Part shown: positions 46,613 to 55,377 of the stretch, piece after piece | Position numbering within the stretch: position 1 is the stretch's first letter | Layout of the letters: each line of letters begins with the position of its first letter | Origin: a virus | Lineage: Duplodnaviria > Caudoviricetes | Virus record (IMG/VR): IMGVR_UViG_3300044259_000151 | Span: 1 to 58,262 of that record | Strand: one strand, 5' to 3' | Length of the DNA stretch: 58,262 bases | Position numbers and translations under genes: made by a program | Notes under the pieces: generated by a model | Seen by the model: the letters and a program-made list of their open reading frames with translations, nothing else | The model's database searches: none | Told to the model about the DNA's origin: nothing

Positions 46613-47266
46613 TTATTCCCGATTAATGAGGATTGACGGGTAGGTAATCGGCATTCCGGCCTGCCGGTCTTTCCGTCGGCCCTGGCTGCCCTTCAGAATG
46701 TAAGGCATGCCTGCGTAGACGCCCGCCGCGAAGTTCAGCCATTTCGTTTCGAACCGGAACACGCCCGCATTACTGCCGCGCTGCCCAAAACGGCGCGCCA
46801 TGGCATTCTTTGAGCCGTCAAAAATGTAATACCGCTTTACCTTCAAAGCCCCAGTCTCGGCTTTTCGGACATAAGGCTGAAAATTCGTGATGATCACTTC
46901 TGCATTCGCCGGGATCGCATCCCAATCCGTCACCAGTTTCTGGTTTGCAAGCACGATGAAACTGTTCCGAAACCGTCCGGACTTCGAGGGCGAACGCTTT
47001 TTCAACTCTTCAATCGTGGCGTCAATGACAATGCCCCACGACGAAAACTCATAAAGAATGCCGCCCGGGACTTTAACAGTCTCTTCCGCCGCCCCTCTGA
47101 CCTCATTGACGTATTTTTCATAGACCGAAGAGGCTTGACCGCTGGCAATAACCTTGGCGAGTTCCTGCCTCGCAAACGCCGCCAGAGCGCCGTTGATCGC
47201 GGCCGGCTCCAAGTCTGCGGTGGCAAGCTTCAAATCCCGTTCGAAGAATTCAAAGCCGGTCGCCAT
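46613..47266 (-). CDS. Neck/tail-completion protein (HK97 gp10-like)
   Basis: SP..SGRFRNS and N.QPY.RK.E motifs; synteny. Confidence 0.65.
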   Translation of the reverse strand: MATGFEFFERDLKLATADLEPAAINGALAAFARQELAKVIASGQASSVYEKYVNEVRGAAEETVKVPGGILYEFSSWGIVIDATIEELKKRSPSKSGRFRNSFIVLANQKLVTDWDAIPANAEVIITNFQPYVRKAETGALKVKRYYIFDGSKNAMARRFGQRGSNAGVFRFETKWLNFAAGVYAGMPYILKGSQGRRKDRQAGMPITYPSILINRE

Positions 47267-47652
47267 CAGCCCGCAACCACCAGATCGGTGCGCACCCACA
47301 CGCCGCCGACAAACACCGGCTTGGACACCTTGACCTGCCGCGCACGCCCTTGCACCACCATGCTGTCTGTCGTTTTCGGCAAACGCTGATCCACCGTGCT
47401 GCCACCCGGCACAGCATCATCCGTGCCCGGCCATCCGGCAGCCAGGATCTCCGTTGGGCCGATCACCACGGTGAGGTCATTGAGCGTGATCGTGCCGGCA
47501 ATCTGCTCGGCCGACACCGACCTGACCGCCGCCCGGCACACAACCGAGGACACCACCGTGCCCCCTCCGCGCTTGACGGTGCGCGTCAACGTCACATCCT
47601 CGCCCGCCCGCTCCAGCGCTGCATCCAGTGCGGCAATTTCGGGTATGCTCAT
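47266..47652 (-). CDS. Head-closure/head-tail joining protein
   Basis: GEDVTL.R; synteny. Confidence 0.65.
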   Translation of the reverse strand: MSIPEIAALDAALERAGEDVTLTRTVKRGGGTVVSSVVCRAAVRSVSAEQIAGTITLNDLTVVIGPTEILAAGWPGTDDAVPGGSTVDQRLPKTTDSMVVQGRARQVKVSKPVFVGGVWVRTDLVVAG

Positions 47653-47656
47653 CAGA

Positions 47657-48304
47657 TCACCGGATCACAGGCACGCGGTAATTGTTCAACACGTCGAGCA
47701 CATCGGGCGGCAGGTTGCCGGCGTCGGTGCCCGTGGCCACCCACCAGCTGGCATCGCGGACACCTGGAATATTTTCAGATCGCAGCGACGGATCACGCCC
47801 ACCTGCAAAATAACGCGCGGTGACCATGCGGACGATTTTGCCGCGCACATCCGGCGGGATGGTCGCATAACCGGCATCGTACTCAACGACGATGGCAAAC
47901 GTTGGCCAGCGGCGCGGATAGCCGTTGGCATCGAGGCGGATCAGCTGACCCATGTCGGCGTCAATTTTGTAATCCACGTCTTCCACCAAAGCGGTTCCGT
48001 TTTCGACCACGCTTTCAACCGAGACCAGCGGCCAAGTGGTCAATTGCAACGGCATTTCTCCGCCGGGCAACGGACTTGGGATCGCGTCTCGCATCGGCCA
48101 GAACTGGTCGCGGATGCTTTCGACCGCAAACACACGATTGCAGAACTGTTGCGCCGCGGCCGAGGCCTCCTGGATATAGCGCGTCAATTTTGCATCGGCT
48201 TCCGTGCCGGAAATATTCAATTCGTCCTTGACGGTGGCAAGATCGGTCAGATCCTTGCTGGCAGCCGCCTCGAGAACGGTTCGGATCACCGTGCGCAATG
48301 CCAT
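47657..48304 (-). CDS. Head-tail connector (adaptor) protein
   Basis: LTDLATVKDELNI...D..L..YI..AS....FCNR; Y.AGY..IP.D. Confidence 0.82.
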   Translation of the reverse strand: MALRTVIRTVLEAAASKDLTDLATVKDELNISGTEADAKLTRYIQEASAAAQQFCNRVFAVESIRDQFWPMRDAIPSPLPGGEMPLQLTTWPLVSVESVVENGTALVEDVDYKIDADMGQLIRLDANGYPRRWPTFAIVVEYDAGYATIPPDVRGKIVRMVTARYFAGGRDPSLRSENIPGVRDASWWVATGTDAGNLPPDVLDVLNNYRVPVIR

Positions 48305-48306
48305 GA

Positions 48307-48687
48307 TCAGGGCCAGAAATAGAGAACGATGGTGCCCGACTTGGCGTTGCCGGCATTGCTGATGACAGGCGTCAGCGGTCCGGCCTCCAGCAAAAGCACC
48401 GGGGCGCCATCCGGCGGCGTGGAATAGGAGCCGACGGCGTTGGAAAGGTTGGCTCCGCCGCCGCGCAGCACATCAATGCCATCGGCATCGTTGATCACCA
48501 CGTCATAGGCATCGGTCGGCTGCGTGCCGCCGGAGCCCGGGATGAACTTCAGCTGGAGAAGTCCGCCACCCTTGACATCAAACGAGTTTCCGGACACGGC
48601 GCCGCTGCTGTCGGATGTCCACTGCACGGTGTACCTTGTTGCCTTTCCGACGATTTCGGCGGCGCTGACGGAAATTGTTCCGGCCAT
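48307..48687 (-). CDS. Putative head-associated structural protein
   Basis: Gly/Ser/Thr-rich beta protein between capsid and connector. Confidence 0.6.
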   Translation of the reverse strand: MAGTISVSAAEIVGKATRYTVQWTSDSSGAVSGNSFDVKGGGLLQLKFIPGSGGTQPTDAYDVVINDADGIDVLRGGGANLSNAVGSYSTPPDGAPVLLLEAGPLTPVISNAGNAKSGTIVLYFWP

Positions 48688-48766
48688 TTTTCACGGTCCT
48701 CGGATTGGTGCGGCTGGGGAACGCGACGCCCGAAGGGCCGCGCTGCCCTGTTGATGGGGTCCGGCA

Positions 48767-49507
48767 TCAGCGGTTTTGCCAGATCTTCACGTAATCAATC
48801 AGCATGGTGCCGACGCCAGCTCCCGAAGCCTTGTAGAGACCGAGGTAAGGCTGGAGCACTGCCAGTGTGCCGGTGGCGGCAAAATTGATCTGCCCGGACG
48901 TGGTCACCTTGTCGCCATTGATGAACACCGACACATCGGTGATATCCGTGCAGTCAATCCGCACGATAGCCCAGTCGGCGGTGGTCAGCGTGACCCCGGA
49001 CGACGCGGAAACGGCGGTGACGCCGTCATAGGACCGCACAGACAGCAAGCCCGATCCGTTGGCCTGCACCTGAATGTAGCAGGTATTGTTGTCGGGGCCG
49101 TCGATCCAGTCCGACGAAAGACCGGCCACGGCCTGCACGCCGGTTACGGACGGCAACACGGAAAGCTTGATCCGCGTTTCGAACACGACGCCCTTCGTGA
49201 CATCGATACCCTTCTGGTCTCCCCAGTAAAGGCCGGCGTCCTGTTTCTGCGATGCGCTGGTCAGCGCGCACGAGATCTGGCCGCCAATGGCGTTGGCGAC
49301 ACCGGCCACGGTCGGAGGCGCTGCGCCCACGATCTTCTTCACCCAGTCGGCGCCACTTTCTCCGGAGCCCGCCGCCGGGATGACCAGCGAACCTGCGCCG
49401 AGGAAATCGTCCTGGTATCGCACCGGCGACATCTTGTGCACGGTCTCAAACGTGGCGTCATCGAAGAACGACTGGACGCCACCGACATATCTTGCTTTCG
49501 TACCCAT
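48767..49507 (-). CDS. Putative head decoration protein (lectin-like beta sandwich)
   Basis: DDFLG, FETR.K, IDYVKIWQ; downstream of the capsid gene. Confidence 0.6.
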   Translation of the reverse strand: MGTKARYVGGVQSFFDDATFETVHKMSPVRYQDDFLGAGSLVIPAAGSGESGADWVKKIVGAAPPTVAGVANAIGGQISCALTSASQKQDAGLYWGDQKGIDVTKGVVFETRIKLSVLPSVTGVQAVAGLSSDWIDGPDNNTCYIQVQANGSGLLSVRSYDGVTAVSASSGVTLTTADWAIVRIDCTDITDVSVFINGDKVTTSGQINFAATGTLAVLQPYLGLYKASGAGVGTMLIDYVKIWQNR

Positions 49508-49594
49508 AATTGTCTCCTTACCGGCCGCTGCGCGGCGGCCGTCACATGACGGTTTGGAGGGGATGCGGGCGGCCTGTCAGCCGCCCGCGCCGGA

Positions 49595-50080
49595 TCAGTC
49601 GATGATGGCGCTCGGCGGCGTGGCCTGCTTGTAGCTGGTATCCAGATAGGCCGTGGCCGAAACGAAATTGGTGGCCTGCGACGACGTCGCCTGCGTGAAG
49701 TAGATGCAGTCATAGCCGTTGGCCATATCGAGGCGGGCCGGATCGATTTCGAACACGACCTGCTTGTTCTTGACGTCGGCGGCAACGGCATAGGAGGCCG
49801 CGTCGGTCTGGCGCACCAGGGTATCGGTGGCAGCCGTATCCTCATTGGCCCAGATGGCAACAGAAGGTCCGGCCTTGTTGGTGCTGCCGGCAACCGAGGT
49901 GGCCTGCCGCAGCGTCGGCGTGGTCGCGTGGCCGGCGGCCTGCGTGTACTCGAACACGACCCAGGCCTTGTGCGCCGTCTTGAGGCTGATCACGTCGGTG
50001 GTCAGCGCGCCATTGGTGGTCTGCGGCTGCAGCATCTGGACGATCTTGAAATGCTGCGGAAGCGAAAGCTGTCTTGCCAT
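49595..50080 (-). CDS. Putative capsid decoration/accessory protein
   Basis: GAGGAG RBS; first gene after the capsid gene. Confidence 0.6.
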   Translation of the reverse strand: MARQLSLPQHFKIVQMLQPQTTNGALTTDVISLKTAHKAWVVFEYTQAAGHATTPTLRQATSVAGSTNKAGPSVAIWANEDTAATDTLVRQTDAASYAVAADVKNKQVVFEIDPARLDMANGYDCIYFTQATSSQATNFVSATAYLDTSYKQATPPSAIID

Positions 50081-50185
50081 GGTGATGGCTCCTCTGGTTT
50101 GAAAGCGACCTACACCAGCAGGTCACCGGGAAATGGCCGCCGCAACGGTCACTGCGGCGGCCAGTTTCGCATATGCGCGAAACGA

Positions 50186-51568
50186 TCAGCCGCGGGTGGC
50201 GAGCGTGACGAACGGCGACAGGGTGTTCGCGCCCTTGTAGGGCGTCAGCGGCGCGTGCCAGATCGGCCGGCCATCGACGCGATAGGTGATGCGGAACACC
50301 ATTTCGTCGGTCAGGAAGGCAACGTGCATGGAGGACGCCATGTTGACGCCGCCCTTGTCGGCCAGAGAGTACTGGCCGAAATCGACCAGCGAAATGTCGC
50401 CTTCCGTGCCCAGCGTATCGGCATATTCGACCGGCATGACCGGGCGCCCGAACAGCGTCCCGTAAGGCTGTCCCGAAATGCCGTTGGCCGGCAGATAGAC
50501 CGGCACACCGGCGGTCCCGATCACCTGAGACATCGAATACAGCTGCGGCTCGACATCCTGATTGATCAGCCACATGGAGTTGGCGCGCGACCGCGCCCAC
50601 ATGCGAGACCACATGTCGAGCACGTTGTCGTAAGTGATGGTCTTGGCCGTCTGCCCGGTTCTCTTGGCGACGGCAACCTTGGCCGGCGAGTTGAGGAAAC
50701 CAAGCGGCATGCCGCCGCCCGAGCCGCGGAACATCGCGTCCTCGGTCATGAACGCGATTTCCTCCGAGAATGCCTGGGTGGCGATTGTGCTCATCACGGA
50801 GGCATCGGCCATCAGTTCGTCGGAAACATACCAGTTGGCCATCAGCTTCTTCAGGTCGAGCTCGACCAGACGGAACTTCGGCTTGCTGCGCGTGGCTGCG
50901 TCACCTTCACCGACCCAGTAGGACTGGACGCCACCCCAACGGCTGCCGGTGGCGCGGCTGGTTTCGTCGACTCCGGGGATCTTGATACCGTTGGCGGCGG
51001 TGGACAACGACAGTTTCTGGGCCTGGCTCATGATCTGGCCCATATCGTAGGCGCGGGCGAACACAGCGGTCGCGAAATCGGTCTGCACCAGGAAGCCGCC
51101 GGCGGACGGATCGACTTCACCGGCACCCGTTGGCGCGCGCTGCAGGCGAGGGTCCATGCGACCAGGGTCGCGCGTAAGGTAATAGTTGGCAACGGCGCGC
51201 AGCTGTTCGCCGAAAGAGCCGAAATGCTGCTGCGGATCCGGCGTGAAATTCAGGGTCGAACGCACACCGCGGATGTAATCGTCAGCGGACCAGGTCTGCC
51301 GCACCGAGCGCGACGCAAGATGGTCCAGCGAAAAGCCGGTCGGGACGGTGATTGCGGTCTGTTCATCGCCCGTTCCGCCGGTGGCCGGACGCGCCAGCGA
51401 CGCCGAGCGCGCGCGCGCCTTGGTCAGGCGGTCGATCTCACCCTGCAGGTCCTCGATTTCCTTTTCCTTGGCGGAATACTTGCCAGCGTCACGCACGAAT
51501 TCATCCGTGCCCAGCTGATCGACAGCCCTGCTCAGGGCCTGGCGGAGTTCGGTCAGTTTATCCATCAT
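50186..51568 (-). CDS. Major capsid protein, HK97 fold with N-terminal delta domain
   Basis: AGGFLV, WVGEG, SDELM.D, G.G.G.PLG, TLFGRPV, FR..YRVDG.P. Confidence 0.95.
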   Translation of the reverse strand: MMDKLTELRQALSRAVDQLGTDEFVRDAGKYSAKEKEIEDLQGEIDRLTKARARSASLARPATGGTGDEQTAITVPTGFSLDHLASRSVRQTWSADDYIRGVRSTLNFTPDPQQHFGSFGEQLRAVANYYLTRDPGRMDPRLQRAPTGAGEVDPSAGGFLVQTDFATAVFARAYDMGQIMSQAQKLSLSTAANGIKIPGVDETSRATGSRWGGVQSYWVGEGDAATRSKPKFRLVELDLKKLMANWYVSDELMADASVMSTIATQAFSEEIAFMTEDAMFRGSGGGMPLGFLNSPAKVAVAKRTGQTAKTITYDNVLDMWSRMWARSRANSMWLINQDVEPQLYSMSQVIGTAGVPVYLPANGISGQPYGTLFGRPVMPVEYADTLGTEGDISLVDFGQYSLADKGGVNMASSMHVAFLTDEMVFRITYRVDGRPIWHAPLTPYKGANTLSPFVTLATRG

Positions 51569-51682
51569 ATATCTCCTTGTGACGGATGAGCCGCGCATGC
51601 GGCAATGTTCCCGCGCCAGGTGGCTGCGGATCTCGGTGGTGTGCGATGTCGGGATACGTGGCGCGCTGGACGCGCAAACAGG

Positions 51683-53326
51683 TCAGGCGGTTGCAGCAAC
51701 CGCGATGCGGAGTTTCATGGCCGCCGCGCGGCGAAGGCGAATGGCGCGCTCGGTTTCGTCCGCATCAACAGCATCACTTTCCTCCGGGGCGCTCTTTTCC
51801 AGAAGTTCGCGGATCATGCCGCATCCGCGGTCGATCATGTCATGCGCTTCATGGAGCATCGCGGCGTTGTCTGAGGAAAGCATCTTTCCGGCGCGGGCCA
51901 TGGATGCGCGAGCGCGATTGCGCAGCAGAGAAACCGCACGGCTGCGGCTGGTGGCCGCATCATCGGTTTCTTCAGCCGGGCCAAGCATGGCAGCCACTTC
52001 TTCGCCGACCAGCTGGACCAGGACCTCACCCAGCGCAGCCTTGATGACCATCAGCTCATCCGGGATCACGGTTTCCTTTTCACGGTATTGCTTTTCCCAG
52101 TCGATATCCTGCTGCACGCAATCGAGGTCGCACAGCACGCTGGCCAGCCAGCTGACATGGTACATGGAGCGCTTGAATTCCTCGATCGTCATTGTGGTTC
52201 CTTTTGATGGTGCGCGCGCTGAAGGCGGGAATTCAGCCTCGACAAGATCGTCACCCCACCCATCGGAAATTTCTTCAAAGCGCTCGGGCCCAAGAACGAT
52301 TGGGCCGTCATAGGCAACCACGTCCGCCGGGGCATCGCGATAGGTGAGCGTCACATGCGGGTGATATTCGGCGAAATCCCACGAAGCGCCGGCATCGCGG
52401 ATTTCCTGCCAGCGAGAGGCAAGGGCGTCGCTGCGGAAGCGCAGCACCTTTGCGCCACCATCGCCGAGCGGCGTGACGGTTCTTGCATCGTCGCGTTCGA
52501 CGGTCAGCTCATCGTCACTAGGCGTCAGACTTGACCAGTCCAGAGGCTCCCGGCTGTAGGCGACGGTGACGTGCATATCCTCGCCGGGCAGCGAGCTGGC
52601 GAAGCCCGCATCGCGCATCCATGACCGGATTTCATCGTGATTAACCACCGGCCGCGATACGTACAAGGTCTTGCCGGATGCACGCTTTCCGATGGGCATG
52701 CGAGCCGCGCGGCGCAGATTTTCAACATCTGCACGCGCCATCATCATCATGCCGCCTTCATCGAGAATGCGGCCTGCCCAATCGAAAATCGGGCTTGTGT
52801 CGATGCCATTGGCGCGGGCCGTCACAAGCGCCGTCGGGAGGGATGGAACGGGCACCTGCGAAATTTCCATCAGGTCCACCAATTCGAAGTCAACGCCGCC
52901 AGGGCGTGATTTGTCGTTGGCAAGACGCCATTTCAGCGGGTCCCATGATACCGAGGTGGCATTGAGATAACCCTCCCTGACCATCTGAAAGATGGTGTCG
53001 GCAAAGGGATAGATTTCCCGGTCCATGTATTCCACGGACCCGGAGAGTACGCCATCGCGCTGCACGAGATCGACGACACGGCCAATCGGCGGCTGCGACA
53101 GATCATGGGCCCAGAGAAACACCGGGTTCCGCAGGTAGTTATCCAGAGTCCAGGCAGCGATCGTGTGATTGTCGCGTGCGACCGACGGGTCGGAAAACAG
53201 ATAGCGGATGATCCGGCCATTGCTGTTGGCAAGATCGACCTGACCAGCGGCACGCATGACGGCGGTCTTTTGCGGGGGCGCACTGGTCACTGCCTGCCGC
53301 GCAAAATCGTCAATCGTGATGGTCAT
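51683..53326 (-). CDS. HK97-type prohead protease with an inserted 2H-phosphoesterase (Acb1-like) domain and a C-terminal helical domain
   Basis: NPVFLWAHD...PIG, GYLNATSV, LMEISQVPVPS.P.A protease motifs; then TLYVSR...HVTVAYS...HPHVTLTY...LGPE.FEEI. Confidence 0.9.
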   Translation of the reverse strand: MTITIDDFARQAVTSAPPQKTAVMRAAGQVDLANSNGRIIRYLFSDPSVARDNHTIAAWTLDNYLRNPVFLWAHDLSQPPIGRVVDLVQRDGVLSGSVEYMDREIYPFADTIFQMVREGYLNATSVSWDPLKWRLANDKSRPGGVDFELVDLMEISQVPVPSLPTALVTARANGIDTSPIFDWAGRILDEGGMMMMARADVENLRRAARMPIGKRASGKTLYVSRPVVNHDEIRSWMRDAGFASSLPGEDMHVTVAYSREPLDWSSLTPSDDELTVERDDARTVTPLGDGGAKVLRFRSDALASRWQEIRDAGASWDFAEYHPHVTLTYRDAPADVVAYDGPIVLGPERFEEISDGWGDDLVEAEFPPSARAPSKGTTMTIEEFKRSMYHVSWLASVLCDLDCVQQDIDWEKQYREKETVIPDELMVIKAALGEVLVQLVGEEVAAMLGPAEETDDAATSRSRAVSLLRNRARASMARAGKMLSSDNAAMLHEAHDMIDRGCGMIRELLEKSAPEESDAVDADETERAIRLRRAAAMKLRIAVAATA

Positions 53327-53769
53327 TGCGCGGTATCCTCCGCAATGGTTGCGGACAGCATCCATGCCCACTTCTTGTGCGCATCCATGCGTTCCTGCAG
53401 GTAATTGCTCAATCCCCGCTCCAGCTGAATGGTTGCTCGCCGGTCGGCCTCACCCAATGCATTAACCACGGCAGCATTGGCATCAATCAGTTCGACAATC
53501 ATGGCGGCGGTTGTCGGAATGCCGGCGAACGTGATGGATGCCGGTGCTGCAATCTCATCGAGCGACGCTGGCGCCATGGCATTGAGCGTGCGGATCCGTT
53601 CGGCCAGGCCGTCAACAGCGCCATGCGCATCCTCGTAAATGTCGCCGAACAGTTCGTGCAGCTGCGGGAAAAGCGGGCCCCGCACGTTCCAGTGAAAACT
53701 GTGCGCCTTGAAATACAGGCACCAGGTTTCGGCCAGCGCCGTCCTGATGGCAGTCAACAGCTCATCCAT
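53323..53769 (-). CDS. dps: Dps-family mini-ferritin
   Basis: KAHSFHWNVRGP.F..LHELF...Y......D.LAERIRTL...H.K..WML; AGGAG RBS; overlaps portal and protease. Confidence 0.93.
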   Translation of the reverse strand: MDELLTAIRTALAETWCLYFKAHSFHWNVRGPLFPQLHELFGDIYEDAHGAVDGLAERIRTLNAMAPASLDEIAAPASITFAGIPTTAAMIVELIDANAAVVNALGEADRRATIQLERGLSNYLQERMDAHKKWAWMLSATIAEDTAQ

Positions 53770-55189
53770 ACACATACTCCTTGTCGCGCAGGAAAGACGA
53801 GCCACCGGCCGCACGAAGACGGCGCGAGATTTCCTCAAGGGCAACGTCATCGTGGCCATGGCGCGGGGCAGCGGCTGCCTTTGCTGCCGTCACGGCCGGG
53901 CCACGCGCCGCAGATTCCTGCTTGCTCGGTCGGCCAGCGTCATCAGGCGCCGTTCCCGTGGACTGGCTGCCCGACGCCGCCATATTCTGCGGGAAATGCA
54001 ATTTGGCGGCCTCGCCGCCTTCCGGGCGCATGCCAAGATCAATGCGGGCCTCATCCGGCGTTGCCATCATTGACATAATCATGGTGCGCCAATTGTTGAC
54101 GCGCGCCGTCATGTCGGCCGTCGTCAGTTCGCGGTAATCGAAATCGATCGAACGACCATCACGCCACAAACCGAACGTGCTTTCGATTTTCCGGCTCCAG
54201 CGGTTGGTGTAACCGGTCAGCGTGTAGTTGACATATTCCTGCGACTGCTGACCGATGTTGTTGTTGGTCGAGCGGTCGAGAATGCCGACCATGTGCATCG
54301 GCACCCGGAAAATGCGCACGACATCCTCAAGCTGAAACTTGCGGGACGCGATGAATTCCAGATCGGCCGATGTCATTTCCAGCGCCGAGAATTTCACGCC
54401 CTGCTCAAGCACCGCAGTTTTGCCAGAGTTCTGCAACCCACCGAACATCGTTCGCCAGTCTGAAGACATGCGTTCGGCGGCGCCCGGCGACAGTTTCTGG
54501 TCCGTCATCAGAATGCCGGACGGCTTGGCACTGTTGCCCATCCAGCGGGCTGCCTGCTGTTCCTGCGCGATCGACAGCCCGATGGCCTCGCGCGCGACCG
54601 AAATGCGCGACACACCCAGAAGCCCATTGAGCGAGAAGCCGCGAATATGCAGCATGTCGCCATCGGGAATGAGAAATGGCTGCCCGGCAAGTTCCGAGCG
54701 CAAATGCAGGCCCTGTGGCGTGACGCGGTAGAACAATCCGCCGTCCGGGGCTTCCCACAGAGCGACCCAATCCGCATTGATCGGGACAAGCTTGATGGGA
54801 TATCCGCGCCGATCGCGCACGATCACTGAATAGGCATTGCCCCGCAGCACAAGGCTGATTTGTTTCTGTTCCCGGTACTCCAGCCCGTTCTGCCAGTCGT
54901 TCGGTTCCTGCAACAAATCCGACAGGTAATGCGCACGATCTTCGACCTTGCTGCCATCGTCCAGGCGCTGGTTCACCGACCATGGCAGTTTTGCCACATC
55001 CTCGGCCAGCATTGTGACGCAGGCCAAAACCGCAGACGCGCTCAAGGCGGACTGCTGATTGACCGCGACCCCGGTAACCGACGGGGTGGAAAACACAGAG
55101 TCCTGCCACATCCGCGGGTCATCCATGCTTTCGGAGCCCGAGCGGCTGTTTGCCCCGCGCGCGATGGTGCCAAAGATGCCACGCGCCAT
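53762..55189 (-). CDS. Portal protein, HK97 family
   Basis: AVLACV..LAEDVAKLP, EPNDWQ, LRGNAY, MLHIRG, AVLEQG, RIFRVP. Confidence 0.95.
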   Translation of the reverse strand: MARGIFGTIARGANSRSGSESMDDPRMWQDSVFSTPSVTGVAVNQQSALSASAVLACVTMLAEDVAKLPWSVNQRLDDGSKVEDRAHYLSDLLQEPNDWQNGLEYREQKQISLVLRGNAYSVIVRDRRGYPIKLVPINADWVALWEAPDGGLFYRVTPQGLHLRSELAGQPFLIPDGDMLHIRGFSLNGLLGVSRISVAREAIGLSIAQEQQAARWMGNSAKPSGILMTDQKLSPGAAERMSSDWRTMFGGLQNSGKTAVLEQGVKFSALEMTSADLEFIASRKFQLEDVVRIFRVPMHMVGILDRSTNNNIGQQSQEYVNYTLTGYTNRWSRKIESTFGLWRDGRSIDFDYRELTTADMTARVNNWRTMIMSMMATPDEARIDLGMRPEGGEAAKLHFPQNMAASGSQSTGTAPDDAGRPSKQESAARGPAVTAAKAAAAPRHGHDDVALEEISRRLRAAGGSSFLRDKEYVYG

Positions 55190-55368
55190 CAGCCAGCCCT
55201 CGATGCCAGATAACTGCCGACGATCGCGAGCGCGCCACCCACGATGAAACCGGCAGCCGGCGTGATGATGTACGCGCCATAGGCAACGCTTCCGGCGCCC
55301 GCAATGCCGACGACATCCCGGACAACAATTGGCGTATAGACCGCAATGGCCCGGAGAACCGTTTTCAA
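55189..55368 (-). CDS. Small membrane protein between terL and portal (59 aa, absent from the ORF track)
   Basis: TAAGGA RBS, TTG start, two hydrophobic segments, TGATG coupling to portal. Confidence 0.7.
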   Translation of the reverse strand: MKTVLRAIAVYTPIVVRDVVGIAGAGSVAYGAYIITPAAGFIVGGALAIVGSYLASRAG

Positions 55369-55377
55369 GGCGTGTCC

